The translations under genes were made by a program, and so were the position numbers. Below, one piece after another: positions 20,803 to 33,950 of a DNA stretch of 64,000 bases. Within the stretch, counting starts at the first letter, position 1. Every line of letters starts with the position of its first letter. Under the pieces are notes generated by a model. The model had not been told where the DNA came from. It saw only the letters and a program-made list of their open reading frames with translations, and did not search any database. This DNA is from Vicugna vicugna (taxonomy: Eukaryota): contig MU061538.1 of assembly GCA_013265495.1 (NCBI GenBank), positions 1 to 64,000 on the forward strand, written 5' to 3'.

Positions 20803-23800
20803 GTGAGTGGTCGCCGCGCACCCCGCCCCGCCCCTGACCCCGCCCGACACGGCTCCGCCGGGGTCGGGGGTTCCCGGTCCGCCACCTCTCGACCCCGCCT
20901 ACCCGCTCGCCACTGCCCCTCCCGGGTCAGGGATCCCCTGCCGGCCCCGACCCTGACCCCGCCCAGGTCGGGGGGTGCCCGCCTGCCCCAGCCCACCCGC
21001 CCACGTCGGGGCGTCCTGAGCTCCGCCGGCAGCCCCGCCGGGGCCGGCGTCGGGGTCCTGAGTGCCGTGTAGGTCAGGAGTCCTCGCCGCCGTCGCGCGG
21101 CCCACCCGCCAGTGTCTCCCTCTGCCCGCCGTCCCTCTTGGAAAAGGCACCTTCCCTCCGCCGCGCGGGTCCGAGCAGGGCGGCGCAGGTGAGGCCCGCA
21201 CAGGTGAGGCGCGCTCCGCGCTGTCCTGCCTTGGCCACGTCGCCAGGCCTCCCCGTGCAGAGGCCGTGACTCCTGCCTCTGGAATGTGGGCTCGGGGCCG
21301 CCGGCTTCCCCAGCCGGCCTGGACGTGTTCCCTCCCCTGCGGAGAAGGCAGCCAGCGGTGGGGGGAAAGGGCGTTTTTCCTCCCTTCCTGAGAAGCCTCA
21401 GCCGTTTCTCGGTTGTTTCTGACACTGTTGAAGAGCAGTGGGGGGTCCCCTGAAAGATCTGCTGATGTTACGATAGCTGAAGGTTTGTTTCACTTCTTTG
21501 GAAGTAACATAAGCTGAGTAACGTTTATGCAGGGTCACCTCGAACGCGTTGTGAATTTAAGGGGGCTGGGGGAGGAAGTTTTGGAAGAGTTACCCTATTA
21601 GGAAGAGTCATCGTACTGTTTTTACCTCAAGCAGTTCTCTGCATAATTTATTTATGCAGCATGGAAAACGAATGCATTTGGCTCCCTCATTCTTTTTAAC
21701 CAAAAGTTGGTGTCACAGTTTCAGACCGCAGGAAGTAGTGCTTATCTAAGATAAAGGATGCTCATATTAGGCTTGATGTAAGCTTCATGGAAAAGTGGCC
21801 AGTCGGTGACTTTGAGAAGGGTCCTTTTCTCTTAGAGGAGACAAGGGCTTGGATATGATCCCTGTTTCCAGTCATAAGACACTTTTGAAGCAAGGCGTGG
21901 AGTGCGTGACACCAGGCAGAGGTTGGAAGGCAGGGGTGCCCCTCAGTTCCAGGAGGACCTACTAGATACCACCTTGTGATGACAAGTTGCAGGTGCAGTG
22001 AGAATCTAATAGTTGGGGACTTTGGAAATTTAAAGTTCTGTCAATACCTGCTGTTGTATTTGGAAGAATCATATTAAGTAGTGTGGTGTAGCTTTCAGCC
22101 AGAAGCAGGAAAGAGGAGGAAGGTGTAGAAAACAGGACCTCAAAGTAACCAGGGTGGGAAGAGACAAGACAGAGGTGCACTTAGGGAAGCAGGAGAGCTC
22201 TCAAGGGGGCCTTGTGGTCTTCCTTTCCACCAGATTAAATGATTCCAGAAAGTAGCTAAGAACAGAGTTGGTACATTAACAGAACAGCTGGTGTTATCAG
22301 GGTTGAAATCCATAGAACTTGGTGGTGCTGACATGCATAGATACCTGATTATGGAGCAGTGGTACTAACATCAAATTTGCTTGTGAAAGTCATGAAATGC
22401 ACACTGTTTTAACATAATAAATTAACAGGTGCAGTTGCTGCCATATTGAAGGACAAGACAGATTCTTCCTCTTTTTTTTTTTTTTTTTAAACAGAAGGAT
22501 GATTGGCCAGAGAGTCTTTTCTTGGGTTTTCCTCTGTGTGACTTAAACTGATGAACACGGTGTTCATCTCACAGTAAGGAATTTATATTTTCTCCAGAAT
22601 TTTTCACTTATTTATTTCAAATGTGTATTTGTGCTCATATCACACATATGTTTACTCAAACGTGCCTGTATTGTTTAGAAAACTTCTGTAAGAATTCACA
22701 CAAAACTTGACAGTGATCATATCCCAGAATAGCACTAGGAGTCTGGGGGCTGAGCGAGTTCTTTTAATGTCTGTTTTTATTGTGGCCCCCATGTGTTATT
22801 TTCATAATAAAAGCAGTGAGGTACACTGTCTAGAAGTAGCTAGGGCAAATCAACAATAGAAGAAGCTGTGCACAAGAACCATGGAGGTTTCTATGCTAGT
22901 AGTACTTTGATTTTTACTGTATGTGCTTAGGTTTGGGGGTTCTGAACTTTGGGCTGCTTTTTTGCTTTGAATGAGATGTATTTGTGCAGATTTCATGGTG
23001 TGTCATGGACAGCTATGATTCCTAGCTGAGGGGAACAGGAAAACATGGCCCAATGTGGTACTCACTTCCTAACCCCATTTGTGAGTATGTCTACTGACAG
23101 CTTTTCTTCTTTTTATTTAGTAAAAAGTTTATACTGTCTTTGTAAAATGAGATGATTAATGGATCTTACTACTTTGAGAAAAAAATATATATGTACTGCT
23201 TCAAATTAAGGCTATTAGGTTATGAAAAGCGGCTATCACTTAATGTGTGATAATTCTGTAAGACTTTGGTCCTACAGCTTTAATGTAAACCACATTATTA
23301 CTCATTCTCCCTTCTTTTTTTCCCATCAATAGGGAAAAGGCATGGCAGGTTTGAGTTGATGAATTGAGGACTGACCTTTTTGTTGTACCAGTGGTCTCCC
23401 CTTGTTAACGGGCCCTGTAAGATTAGATTATAGGTGAAGAGTATTGAGGAATTTTTGTAGAGATGAGTAAGGATGACTTTCCCACTGCTATTTTTTTTAT
23501 ATGAAAAATTATAACTTGGTGTGGTGTCTGCCCCTTTCTTGCTCTTACTTCTGACAGTAAATGCTGATTCTACGGCTTCTGGTGAGTGGAGACCCAAACC
23601 TGTCGTAAGTGACGGTCAATTTTTTGTTTCTCTGAGAATTGATGATTTAAAGCATAGTTTCTCTGAGAATTGATGGGATTTAAAGCATAGTCAACTTCCA
23701 TGTTGTCTTTTTTTTTCTATTATGTTCAATCTTTATTTGGGGAAGAGTTTTCTTCTTCTCATGGTTCTTCTGGGAATTTAACTCTAGCCAAAATTTAATA

Positions 23801-26800
23801 AGTATAGGCCAAAAACCAAATGAACAAAAGAAAAGAATACATTTTGGTCTTATGTAAAGGAAGGGCAAATACTTTTATTCTCAGTGTTAATCACTGAGTT
23901 ATACTTTTGAAAATTTTTGTGAAGACTTGTAACAGAAAACAGTTTGTGTGGCTAAATCAGGAGTCACAGTTTAGTTATTTTAAACTGTGGTTGCAACTTT
24001 AGCACCTAGATCCAAGGGCGATATGTGCTGTGGGAAAATGTTAGAACCCTCCTCCTACCTGTGAAAGGGACGGAAATGCCCTCTGGTCTCATTTATACCC
24101 ACTCCTGCTGTAGTTCAGAGGGGAAAAGGGTGTCGTCCAAATACGTCAGAAAGTTAGAGCTGAATGCCCCATGGCTGGTGGACATAAAACACTAAATACC
24201 TGTTTTTTTAGTTTAAACTAAAAAATGGATTTGAATTTAGGACATGCATCCATCAGGTTGTATGTTCTAGTTTTAGTAATACTTCTGTTTCAGATGAATA
24301 GTAGCCTCACTTTACATTTCAAGATAGAATATCAAACTAGGATAGAACTATAAGTAATTTAAATAGATACATGAATTTAAAATATGTGTAATGTATTTAT
24401 AGTAAGTTCATATATGTTATATTAAGTTATATTAACTATACTTATAAAATATAGATCTCGATTCTGTGAAGAACCAGTTGTGAACAACTGACTAGTGATT
24501 CAGTGTTCTCCTCAGGCCTCTGCTGAACCTCTGATCTCTGGGTTTTCATGGTTTCTGCGTTGATTACAGCATTTCCTCTTGAATAATATCACAGATATTG
24601 TGAATAGATTAAAAACCATTGAATTGTACACTTTAAATGGCTGAACTGTATGGCATGTGAATTATATCTCAGTAATGCTGTTAAAAAATATTATAGACAC
24701 TGAATTTCTTTCAAAAATAAGAAGTGAAACAGTGATGAGTTATAGTACAAAGACAGCTGTTCAAACCTCCATATGGAATTCCAGCTAAAGCTGTTATAAT
24801 CTTTAAAAATTATTGTTTCAATATAAATTTGGAAGCATTTACTTTTAAAGACTATTTAATGAAAAGGGAAGCTTATGAATGAAAAAAGTAACTAAGTAAA
24901 TATTTTTACCTTAAGCCTAATGTTGCTTTAAACATTGATACTCTCTGTTGGCTAAACGAACATATAGAAATGTGACCGTGCATCAAAGATACAAATATCC
25001 TAAATGTGTATGTTTTTTTATAAGTTTTAAACTCTTATCTTTAATTCAGGGTATCAATATGTAATTACAATGTGTGTTTCAGAAATTTATCCTGTAGATT
25101 GGCTTGTTTTATGTAAGATACATTCTATCATAGCATGATTTTAGAATGTACTATTTTTAGTCTTTTGCATTTCATTATGTTTTGTTAAGTCATATCTTCT
25201 TTAGTTTCCATGACAATGCTTCCTCCATTTAAAGGTCTGAGGACCACTGCATGCAGACGTATAAGATGTCACCTTGCCTTCACGTGTGTACTCTTTTCCA
25301 AGTAGACAGAAGGTAGGGCTACAACTGAAGAGACCTGGTGGGTGGGTCAGAGCAGAGGATGGGCGAAGTTGGTGGTAGGGGCACGCATAGACACACTAGG
25401 GACGTTGAAGAGTAAGTAGGAACAGAGACATGAAAGTGCAGAGTTGGGGAATCTGGCATATCCTAGGGTGGAACCCTGGGGGTGCCTGAGCTCTGCCATC
25501 ATGAGGCGTGAGGTGAGGAGGGCGATGGAAGGTTGGACCAAGACTCAGACTGGTTCTGGACCCAGAGGTGAGGAGGAGACATGTTCAGATGGGGCCTGGG
25601 CTGTGCTCGCAGGGTTTGGATGCAGGAGGAGGGGGCATTGCGATGGATTCAGCACCAAGCTTGTGAAATCAGACAGTGGAGACCCCCGTGCAGGGCAGGA
25701 GTTCTCTTGCTTCAGCTGCCGAAGCACTTAGAGCCCAGGTTACTGCTGCTTATCCCCCAGATAAACTGTCCTCTTTTCTCTTCGTGACCTTACTGTGCCC
25801 GAAGCACTGAGTCACCTGTGTTCTTCTGGGGCTGGGTGGGGCATGGTTCTTGCATAAACAAGGTCAGTAGTTTCTTTTGCAGGGAATCATTTTTCCATTT
25901 AATATGTTTTATTCACAAGTTTTCTCATGGTTTTTCTCCCTCACTGGTTTTTCTTTCTTTCTTTGTTTTTCCTTAACTATTCAAAACATTCTTGTAAATT
26001 TGTTAAAGGAAACCATTTATTTTGGTGAATTTTTCCTAGAGTAGATCACATTTTAAGGACAAGTCCAGCTTATACGCAGGGACTAAAAATGAGCCTTTAC
26101 TGATTCATCTTTTCACTCAGCCAACAGTTATTAGGTATTTGTTTTGTTCTAGGTAATTAATAAAACAAGGCCTTCAACTCAGAAGTCTCCTAGCTGGTAA
26201 TAACACAAATCTAGGTGTTATCCTGGTTTTAGTCATAGTATGCACTGGCAGTTTTTGTTGTTTTAAATTAAAGTAATACATATTCATTTTTGTTAAATTA
26301 AAAAAAAGTATTTTGAAAACATTATGCATAAATTGCAAACCACCATAATAGTAGTTGGTGAAGAACTGTATCAATGTTGAATGGAGTTGTTACTGTGAAT
26401 TTGTCTGTTTGTACTGATAAACCATGCTAAAAAAATTTGTTCAGAAAGGTATGGTTTAGCATCTAAGAGTTTTCAAGACTTAACTACATATGGAAAAAGA
26501 AAGGGAGACCTTTATTAGGTCTTTCAGCTGGGGAAGTGGTGGGTTTTTTTTTTTTTAATTATTGACATTTAGAGCATATTGTACACTTAAAATAATAGCT
26601 CAACTCTTTAAATCAGTCTATTGTAAAACAAAGATTGTGTGGATGAGGATTAAAACTTTTTTCCAGGGTTTGTAGATGTAGCTGTGCATGTAAATTCAAG
26701 TTTATGCTATCCTGTCTTTGTATTTTGTGAAAGGTAGTTCTGTGATTACTCACAGTGGATGCCTCTGAGGCCAGTAGTTCAGTATCTGGTGTCTTTTTAA

Positions 26801-27003
26801 TGGATCCCAGCAGGATGTCTGGATGAAAGTATCGACACAAAGTGGGAACACATCTTAAGTGCACCCTGTGTCGGCAGTAGTGATTTCCTTTTTTAAAAAG
26901 CTCCATTTTTGTAGGTGGTGACAACACTGGAGAATTGGTGATAACCGCAGAAGTGGCAGACGTGGAAATACTGATACGACATTTTTTATTGAGTTTTCTT
27001 TTT

Positions 27004-27087
27004 TTTTTAACTTTTTTTATTGATTTATAATCATTTTACAATGTTGTGTCAAATTCCAGTGTTCAGCACAATTTTTCAGTCATTCAT
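27004..27087 (-). mobile_element. 84-bp 5'-truncated young L1 with 15-bp TSD
   Basis: TSD ttgagttttcttttt at 26989-27003 and 27088-27102; body nearly identical to the 3' end of the L1 at 32632. Confidence 0.9.
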
Positions 27088-29779
27088 TTGAGTTTTCTTT
27101 TTGTTTGTAAAAATGTCATTGAAGTTGAACTTGAAGTTTTTTTTTTCATTCACTTAGTGAATGTATCCTTATTTTTCTATTAATGGAATTTGGTCATGTT
27201 TTCCTTTATTTCTTATGTTTTGGCTAGACAGATTTTAAAAACAGTTTTTTTGGTGTGAAAAGACTGCGTGCTCATTGTAGAACATTTCAAGCTTTGGCAA
27301 AGAATAAAGAGGGAAAAAGTTACCTGCAGCCCTACTAACTAGTAATAGCCGTTATTAACATTTTGGTGGTTTTCTGAGTCTTTAGTGTGTTTGGAAGATA
27401 TGGGTTCATGCACGTGTTGTATTCTCCTTCATTAAGCACAGTGTTGTGGACATGTCACTATTATGTCACTATTCTTCAGAAATATGACAGATGATTGCAA
27501 TAGCTTCCATTTTATGGGGGTGCTGTGCTTTATGTAAATTATATCTGGTGGACAAGTTCCAAAAATTAGATTGTTAGATACTGTGTGTTGGGGAAAGGGA
27601 AAACTAGAATTTTAGACATTTGATTTTCTGCTCTTTTCAAGTTTTGAAAGAGTATTTGCTTGAGCTATTTATCAGATCTATCCAGGATATATAAACTATT
27701 TTTGAGCTCAAAAGAGTTGGGTGATAATTTTATAAGTAGAAGTCTAGCTTTAGAAAACAGTGTTTTGAACGCTGTGATGTTAAAATAAGCACGGTAGATT
27801 TATCCGGAGCCCCTCTTATGTAAATAACCTTTAGAAGAAGAGCATTCCCCCCACGCAGAGTCACTGTTCAGACAGCTTTCATCCCTCTGTGCTGTGCTGG
27901 GATGTGAAAGTCGGTTAACAGGAGGAAGACTGTAAACTGGAGTAATGGCTTCATGTCGCCCAGTGTCGTGGTGGCTGTTTGGAGATTGCTGAGAAGGCTC
28001 CCTGGATTGTCCTTGGTCTTGTCTGAAAATAACCAGCCATGCAACTGGTGTCGTCGTGTACCCTGGCCACCCGTGGTTACTGAGTGGTGTGTGCTCCTAG
28101 CGGCTGAGTGGGCCGCCCTTGCGTCCCGATCTCACGTGTGGCAGCTCTGCTGCTCAGGCACATGCTCTAGGTCTGGAAGACGTGGGTTCCTACCTGAGAC
28201 CCGCCTCTCCTGAGTCTGGGCACTTGGATCCCTCAGTCACACCTTTAGAACTTAGTTTCCTCATCACTAGATGGGCATGAAATGAACTTGACCCCATGTT
28301 GTGGTTCTGAGGCTGGAACGAGGAAAGGCCGGGGGATGCAGGCCTGGGACAGCAGCGGTGGCAAGTGGGACCCTGGGGCTAGTGATCTGAGTGTCTGATG
28401 CTTCCTTTCAGTTGCTCTGTGTTACCACCGGCTTCCTGCTGCCTGAGTCCTTCTCTTCCTCACCTTGCCACCTCCTCCCCACTTCAGCGGGCAGACAGAT
28501 GAAATCTGAGCTTCTCTTTGTTTCTGTTTCACTGTGGTTTGTTTATTTTGTGTTGTTGCTAAGAATTTATCTGTGATCTTGCTTTGTTGTTCCTCACACT
28601 TGTAATTTCTCTTTTTCTCTCTGTGCATATCTGAAATAGGAGCCCACGTTATTACCCTCATCCTTGTGTCTCCCTTAAACAACCTGTCCGGACAACACAG
28701 GTTCTCAGTTCTGTTTGCAGCAGCTGCCCTGATGCAGTCGATAACCACAGTTACGTTATGGCAGTATCATGTCATACAATTTTTTTTTATTCAAATACTC
28801 ATTTCCTTCCTCTTGTGAGTAAGTGTTGGTTAGTGACTAAAGTGGGGATTTGAAAATGCACACCCTATTTCTGGGTCTGTTGTGATAATTTGATTTGATC
28901 TGTTTTAGATGTGGAGTTGTTTCCCTCTGTTGGCATCTGTGGGTTGCGATGATTTAGGTTTCCCACAGTAAGGTGGATCTGCAGAAGGTGAGCCCGGTAA
29001 CATGGAAAGAGAACCTTGTGCAACTTGCTTCATGCCCTGAATGTCACACTGCAGGACATATTACATACTGGTTTTCCATTATGCCACTCACATTCTGAGA
29101 TACCAGCATCAAATTGCTAAAATTACTAATCTGAGTGATATTCTTACCTTCTGTCTTCTTAGAGAACTTACATCTTTGTTAGACCTGCTTTGTCCCGTAA
29201 TCGTATGTAGAGTCTGGAGTTTGAAGACGGGGACTTTTTATATCTGCCACAGCATCTAACAGAGTGTTTGCACTGAGTTTGCTCAGTAAACCTGGGGAGC
29301 TGTTGGAGCAGTGAACTTCCAACTGCCTGCTTTATTAGGACTGTCTGCACCCAGTTTGTAACTCGTTGCGTAAGGCCTGCGTGGCTGCTACTTCACGTAG
29401 TTGAGATCATTAATTTATTACCTTTGTGCTGTGAACATGTAAATGCCTAGCAAGTGAATGCATACAATCTGTTAAGACTTTCTAATGTCTGAGAATTGGG
29501 TTTTTAAAACCAAAAACCCAAATATAATCTGAAACAAAAATAGCGATAGTGTCCATTTTTTCACGTAGTGAAGATCTTGACGTCTGTCCAGTAGCTGTTG
29601 GAAAGTGTTGCTTCTGCTTAATAGCTTGAGTCCGATCATGGTTTCACCGTGGGGGAGGTGAAGGCATGAGCACCACGTGACCCGGAGAGCAGCCTTCCAA
29701 GGAGTTACCTAGGGGGTGGTCTCCATGGTGAGCGGGGCAGGAGAGGGGAGGCAGTGGGCCCTCTTTGCTGCCTGCACTA

Positions 29780-30170
29780 GGGCCACTGGGACAAAGTGCC
29801 ACAAACTTGGTGGCTTAAAACAACACAAACCTATCTTTTACAGTTCCAGAGGCGAAAGCCTGAAATTGGTTCCCGTGGATGAAACCAAGGCTTCACTGGG
29901 GCCCTGCTCCCTTTGGAGGCCTTTCCCAGCCTCTGGAGCTGCTTTCCTGGGCCCTGGGCTGCTCTCCACCCTCACAGCTGGCAGCCGCTGCCACCGTGTC
30001 ACCTGTATGTGTCCCTCTTAAAGGGATGAGTGTGATTGCATTAGGACCCACCCAGATAATGCAGGATAATCTCCCCAACTCAGGATCCTTAATTTACCAC
30101 ATCTGCAAAGTCCTGGTTTTGCCATGCAGGGATTAGGACGTGGATGACTTCGGTGGACCTGTTTTCCAGA
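29780..30170 (-). mobile_element. MLT1 (ERVL-MaLR) LTR remnant
   Basis: ccacaaacttggtggcttaaaacaaca...ggacccacccagataatgcaggataatctccc...cacatctgcaaagtcc. Confidence 0.75.
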
Positions 30171-31729
30171 CAGCACTGCCCTGTGTCTTGGAATTCGCAG
30201 AAGTTAGGGTGGCTCAACAACAGCCATTGCAGGTCAGCTTTGTTTCATCAGTTCTGAAAGATACGGTCCCCTACTCTTAACGCCCGGACTCAGATTCCCC
30301 TGTCAGCCGCGTGTAATTTCGGTAGCGTGCTCTTTCTGTCTTGTGGCACAGAAGTGATGGCGTGTGTTGTCATTGGCCACCTCTTGGATTCGACACTGAC
30401 TCTTCCCTTTTCCTGCCATAGCCCTAGTGCTTGAGAACTGCATGTGGTCTTGGAGAGACAAGTGGTGGGGAGAGGGTTGGAGGAAAGGGGGCCCACGTGG
30501 GCCAAAGTGTCCGTGTTGGGAGGTGAGAGGCACACAGAGCAGAGCCTCGCGTTGTGTGAGCGGGGGAGCTGGGCTTGATCTGAAGGGCACCAGGAAGACA
30601 TCAAAATATTTAAAAGAATGGTGTGCCCCAATTTTAAGAGGGGATGTGTAGGAAGATAAATCTGGCAATGACATCCAGATGGACTGAGGGGACAGAGACT
30701 GGTGGCTGGGTCCCAGTGCAAGGAAGGAGAGCCTGAGTCTGATGGGGCCACACTGGGAGCGAAGGGAGCGTGGAAGGTGACTACAGGCGACCTGCTTGGG
30801 GCATGATGATGATATTTGCCAGGAATGATTCAATGGGAAACATAGTTTGGAGGCCCAGGGACAAGGGTGGAGGATTATTTGTCTTATAAACGCTGAGTTT
30901 AAGGGGCAGTCACGCACACAGCAGTCAGCGATGGTGGTTAGCGCCCGGAGACATGCGGGGCTCCATCAGCTCGGGCGAAGGGTGGTGGGAAAGCAGAGCA
31001 GTGTGCAGATACCAGGCCAGAGGGCCTGGGCAGACCCTCTGGCTCTGGAGGAAAGTGGTTAATTCATTTGGTGCTTGCTTACTCTGCACCGTCTGCCTGC
31101 GCAGCTCTGCAGAGCGGAGTCACTGAAGCCCCACAACAGACCTGTCACCCTTGTTGTGCAGACAGGAGGCAGACCATGCTGACTTGAGACAGTCGTGGCT
31201 TGCCGTGGTCCTGGGTAGAGTCTGGACTGGGACATCTGCCCCTCTGCTCCCCTCCTGTCTAGATGGTGGTGAAGAAGAAACTGGGGAGTAGACATCGTCT
31301 CATATGGTCACTTTGATCATTTCTACTTTCTGGAGGAGGAGACTAAGGCCGGGGGTTTCAGCAAGTACCCACAGCCACGCAAGGACCAGAGGTGATGCCG
31401 GGCTGGGGTCATGTTCCTCCCCCCATGCCCTCTCCACTGCTGCTTGGTACCCAGAGGGTGGGCAGCCCCAGCCCCTGTAAGGGTGGGGGCAGCATTGCTG
31501 CCGACAGAGCAGCCTGACCTGGGCTGGTGGCCACCCTGACAGCAAGTCCACCTTCGGGTGTACAGCATCAGCATTCTTGAGTGTCGTGTTAGGCAGTAGT
31601 GTCTGTTTTCAGAGGTTCTGATCTCTGTAATTGGGACAAGGAATAGAAATGCTCTTTCTTGGTCTTTGTTTTCTTCCTCCATTTCCCAGTTTTTGTCTGG
31701 GGTCATTTTCCTCCTGCCTGGAAAACTCA

Positions 31730-33950
31730 CTTTAATACTTCTTTTAATGCAAGTTGGACAGCAACAAATTTTCTCAATTTGTGTCACTTACAGAAAAACT
31801 GAGCAATCAGAGTTTCCATACCCCATCCGCATACAGTTTCTTGTGTTGTTATCATGCAGCATTAGCGTGGTACGTTTGTTACAGTTATTGAAACAGTGTT
31901 GACACAGTGCTAACTGCAGCCCACCGTTTACACTGGGAGTCTCTCCTTGTTTGTAGGCTAGTTTCACTCCTGTCTTCCCTCCTTCCCAAGCCCAAACCTC
32001 TGGGTGGCCACTGAGCTGTTTTACTACCTACAGTTTTGCCTTTTCCACGGTGTGCAGCCTGTTCAGATTGGCTTCTGTCAGTTAGCAATAGGCATTTAAG
32101 AGTTTTTTCCTTATTTTTTCCTGGCTTGATGGTTCATTTCTTTCTTTTATGTTTATTGCAATAAAATTCAAAAAATGTAAAATTTTTTATTTTATATTAC
32201 TTTATATTTTTAAATGTACAATTCAGTGTCATTTAGTACATTCACAGTGTTGTGCCACCATCACCTCTGTCTGGTCCCCGAAACTTTCATCACCCCAAGA
32301 GAAACCCTGTCCCCATTAGCAGTCACTCCCCACTTCACCCTCCCCCTGCCCATTCAACCATGACTTTGTTTTCTGTCTCTATGATTTTACCTATTCTGGA
32401 TATTTCATATAGATGGAATCATATAATATTCGACCTTTTGTATTTGGCTTATTTCACTTAGCATAACATTTTCAAGATTTTACCCTGTAGCACACTTCAT
32501 TTCTCTTTATGGCTGAATAGTGTTCCATCATATAGGTTGACCCAGTTTGTCCACCCATGCACCCTTTGAAGAACTTTTGGGTTGTTTCTGTCTTTTGGCT
32601 CTTGTGAGTAGAGTTGTGAACACTTGCAGATTTTTTTAAAAATTTTTTATTGATTTATAATCATCTTACAATGTTGTGTCAAATTCCAGTGTTCAGCACA
32701 ATTTTTCAGTCATTCATGGACATATACACACTCATTGTCACATTTTTTTTTCTGTGAGTTATCATAACATTTTGTGTATATTTCCCTGTGCTATACAGAG
32801 TGTAATCTTGTTTATCTATTCTACAATTTTGAAATCCCAGTCTATCCCTTCCCACCCTCTACCCCCCTGGTAACCACAAGTATGTATTCTCTGTCCATGA
32901 GTCTTTAGATTCCACATATGAGCGATCTCATATGGTATTTTTCTTTCTCTTTCTGGCTTACTTCACTTAGAATGACATTCTCTAGGAGCATCCATGTTGC
33001 TGCAAATGGTGTTATGTTGTCGGTTTTTATGGCTGAGTAGTATTCCATTGTATAAATATACCACCTCTTCTTTATCCACTCACCTGTTGATGGACATTTA
33101 GGCTGTTTCCATGTTTTGGCTATTGTAAGTAGTGCTGCTATGAACACTGGAGTGCAGGTGTCATCCTGAAGTAGATTTCCTTCTGGATACAAGCCCAGGA
33201 GTGGGATTCCTGGGTCACATGGTAAGTCTATTCCTAGTCTTTTGAGGAATCTCCACACTGTTTTCCACAGTGGCTGCACCAAACTGCATTCCCACCAGCA
33301 GTGTAGGAGGGTTCCCCTTTCTCCACAGCCTCTCCAGCATTTGTCATTTGTGGATTTTTGAATGACGGCCATTCTGACTGGTGTGAGGTGATACCTCATT
33401 GTAGTTTTGATTTGCATTTCTCTGATAATTAGTGATATTGAGCATTTTTTCATGTGCTTTTTGATCATTTGTATGTCTTCCTTGGAGAATTGCTTGTTTA
33501 GGTCTTCTGCCCATTTTTGGATTGGGTTGTTTATTTTTTTCTTATTGAGTCGTATGAGCTGCTTATATATTCTGGAGATCAAGCCTTTGTTGGTTTCACT
33601 TGCGAAAATTTTCTCCCATTCCGTAGGTTTTCTTCTTGTTTTACTTGACTTGCAGATGTTTTGTTCGAACGCCTAGTTTCAGTTTTGGGGGGTCTGTATA
33701 CTGAGAAGTGGGATTGGTGGGTTTACCTTTCTGAGGAGCTGCCAAACTCTTTTCCACAGTAGTGGGACTATTCCACATTCTCACCAGTGGAAGTTCCTGC
33801 ACGTGCTTGCCAGCACGTTCTCTTTTCTATTTTTTGATTCCGAGCCATCGTAGTGGGTGTGCAGTGGTGTCTCACTGTGGGTTTGATTTGCATTCCCTGT
33901 GACTGATGCCACCACCTCATGATTGCATTTCCTTCCAGCTCCACACTTAG
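31730..33950 (-). mobile_element. Older L1M-type fragments (host of the nested young L1)
   Basis: gtacaattcagtgtcatttagtacattcacagtgttgtgc...tctggatatttcatatagatggaatcata; resumes after 33657 with gaggagctgccaaactcttttccacag. Boundaries approximate. Confidence 0.75.
32632..33647 (-). mobile_element. Young 5'-truncated L1 (~1 kb) with open ORF2 C-terminus and TSD
   Basis: Uninterrupted 225-aa frame 32905-33582 including the Cys-rich motif [21 protein letters not shown] acttgcagat at 32622-32631 and 33648-33657. Confidence 0.93.

Larger units (their letters stand above)
19900..21400 (+). promoter_or_regulatory. CpG island promoter/exon 1 of ESYT2
   Basis: Dense CpG; multiple CCCCGCCC and CCACGCCC (SP/KLF) boxes; two TGACGTCA sites. 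Boundaries approximate. Confidence 0.88.

Noticed and set aside
32905..33582. 225-aa ORF as a host gene
   Set aside because: It is the L1 ORF2 C-terminus in a 5'-truncated copy lacking a promoter and the EN/RT domains.
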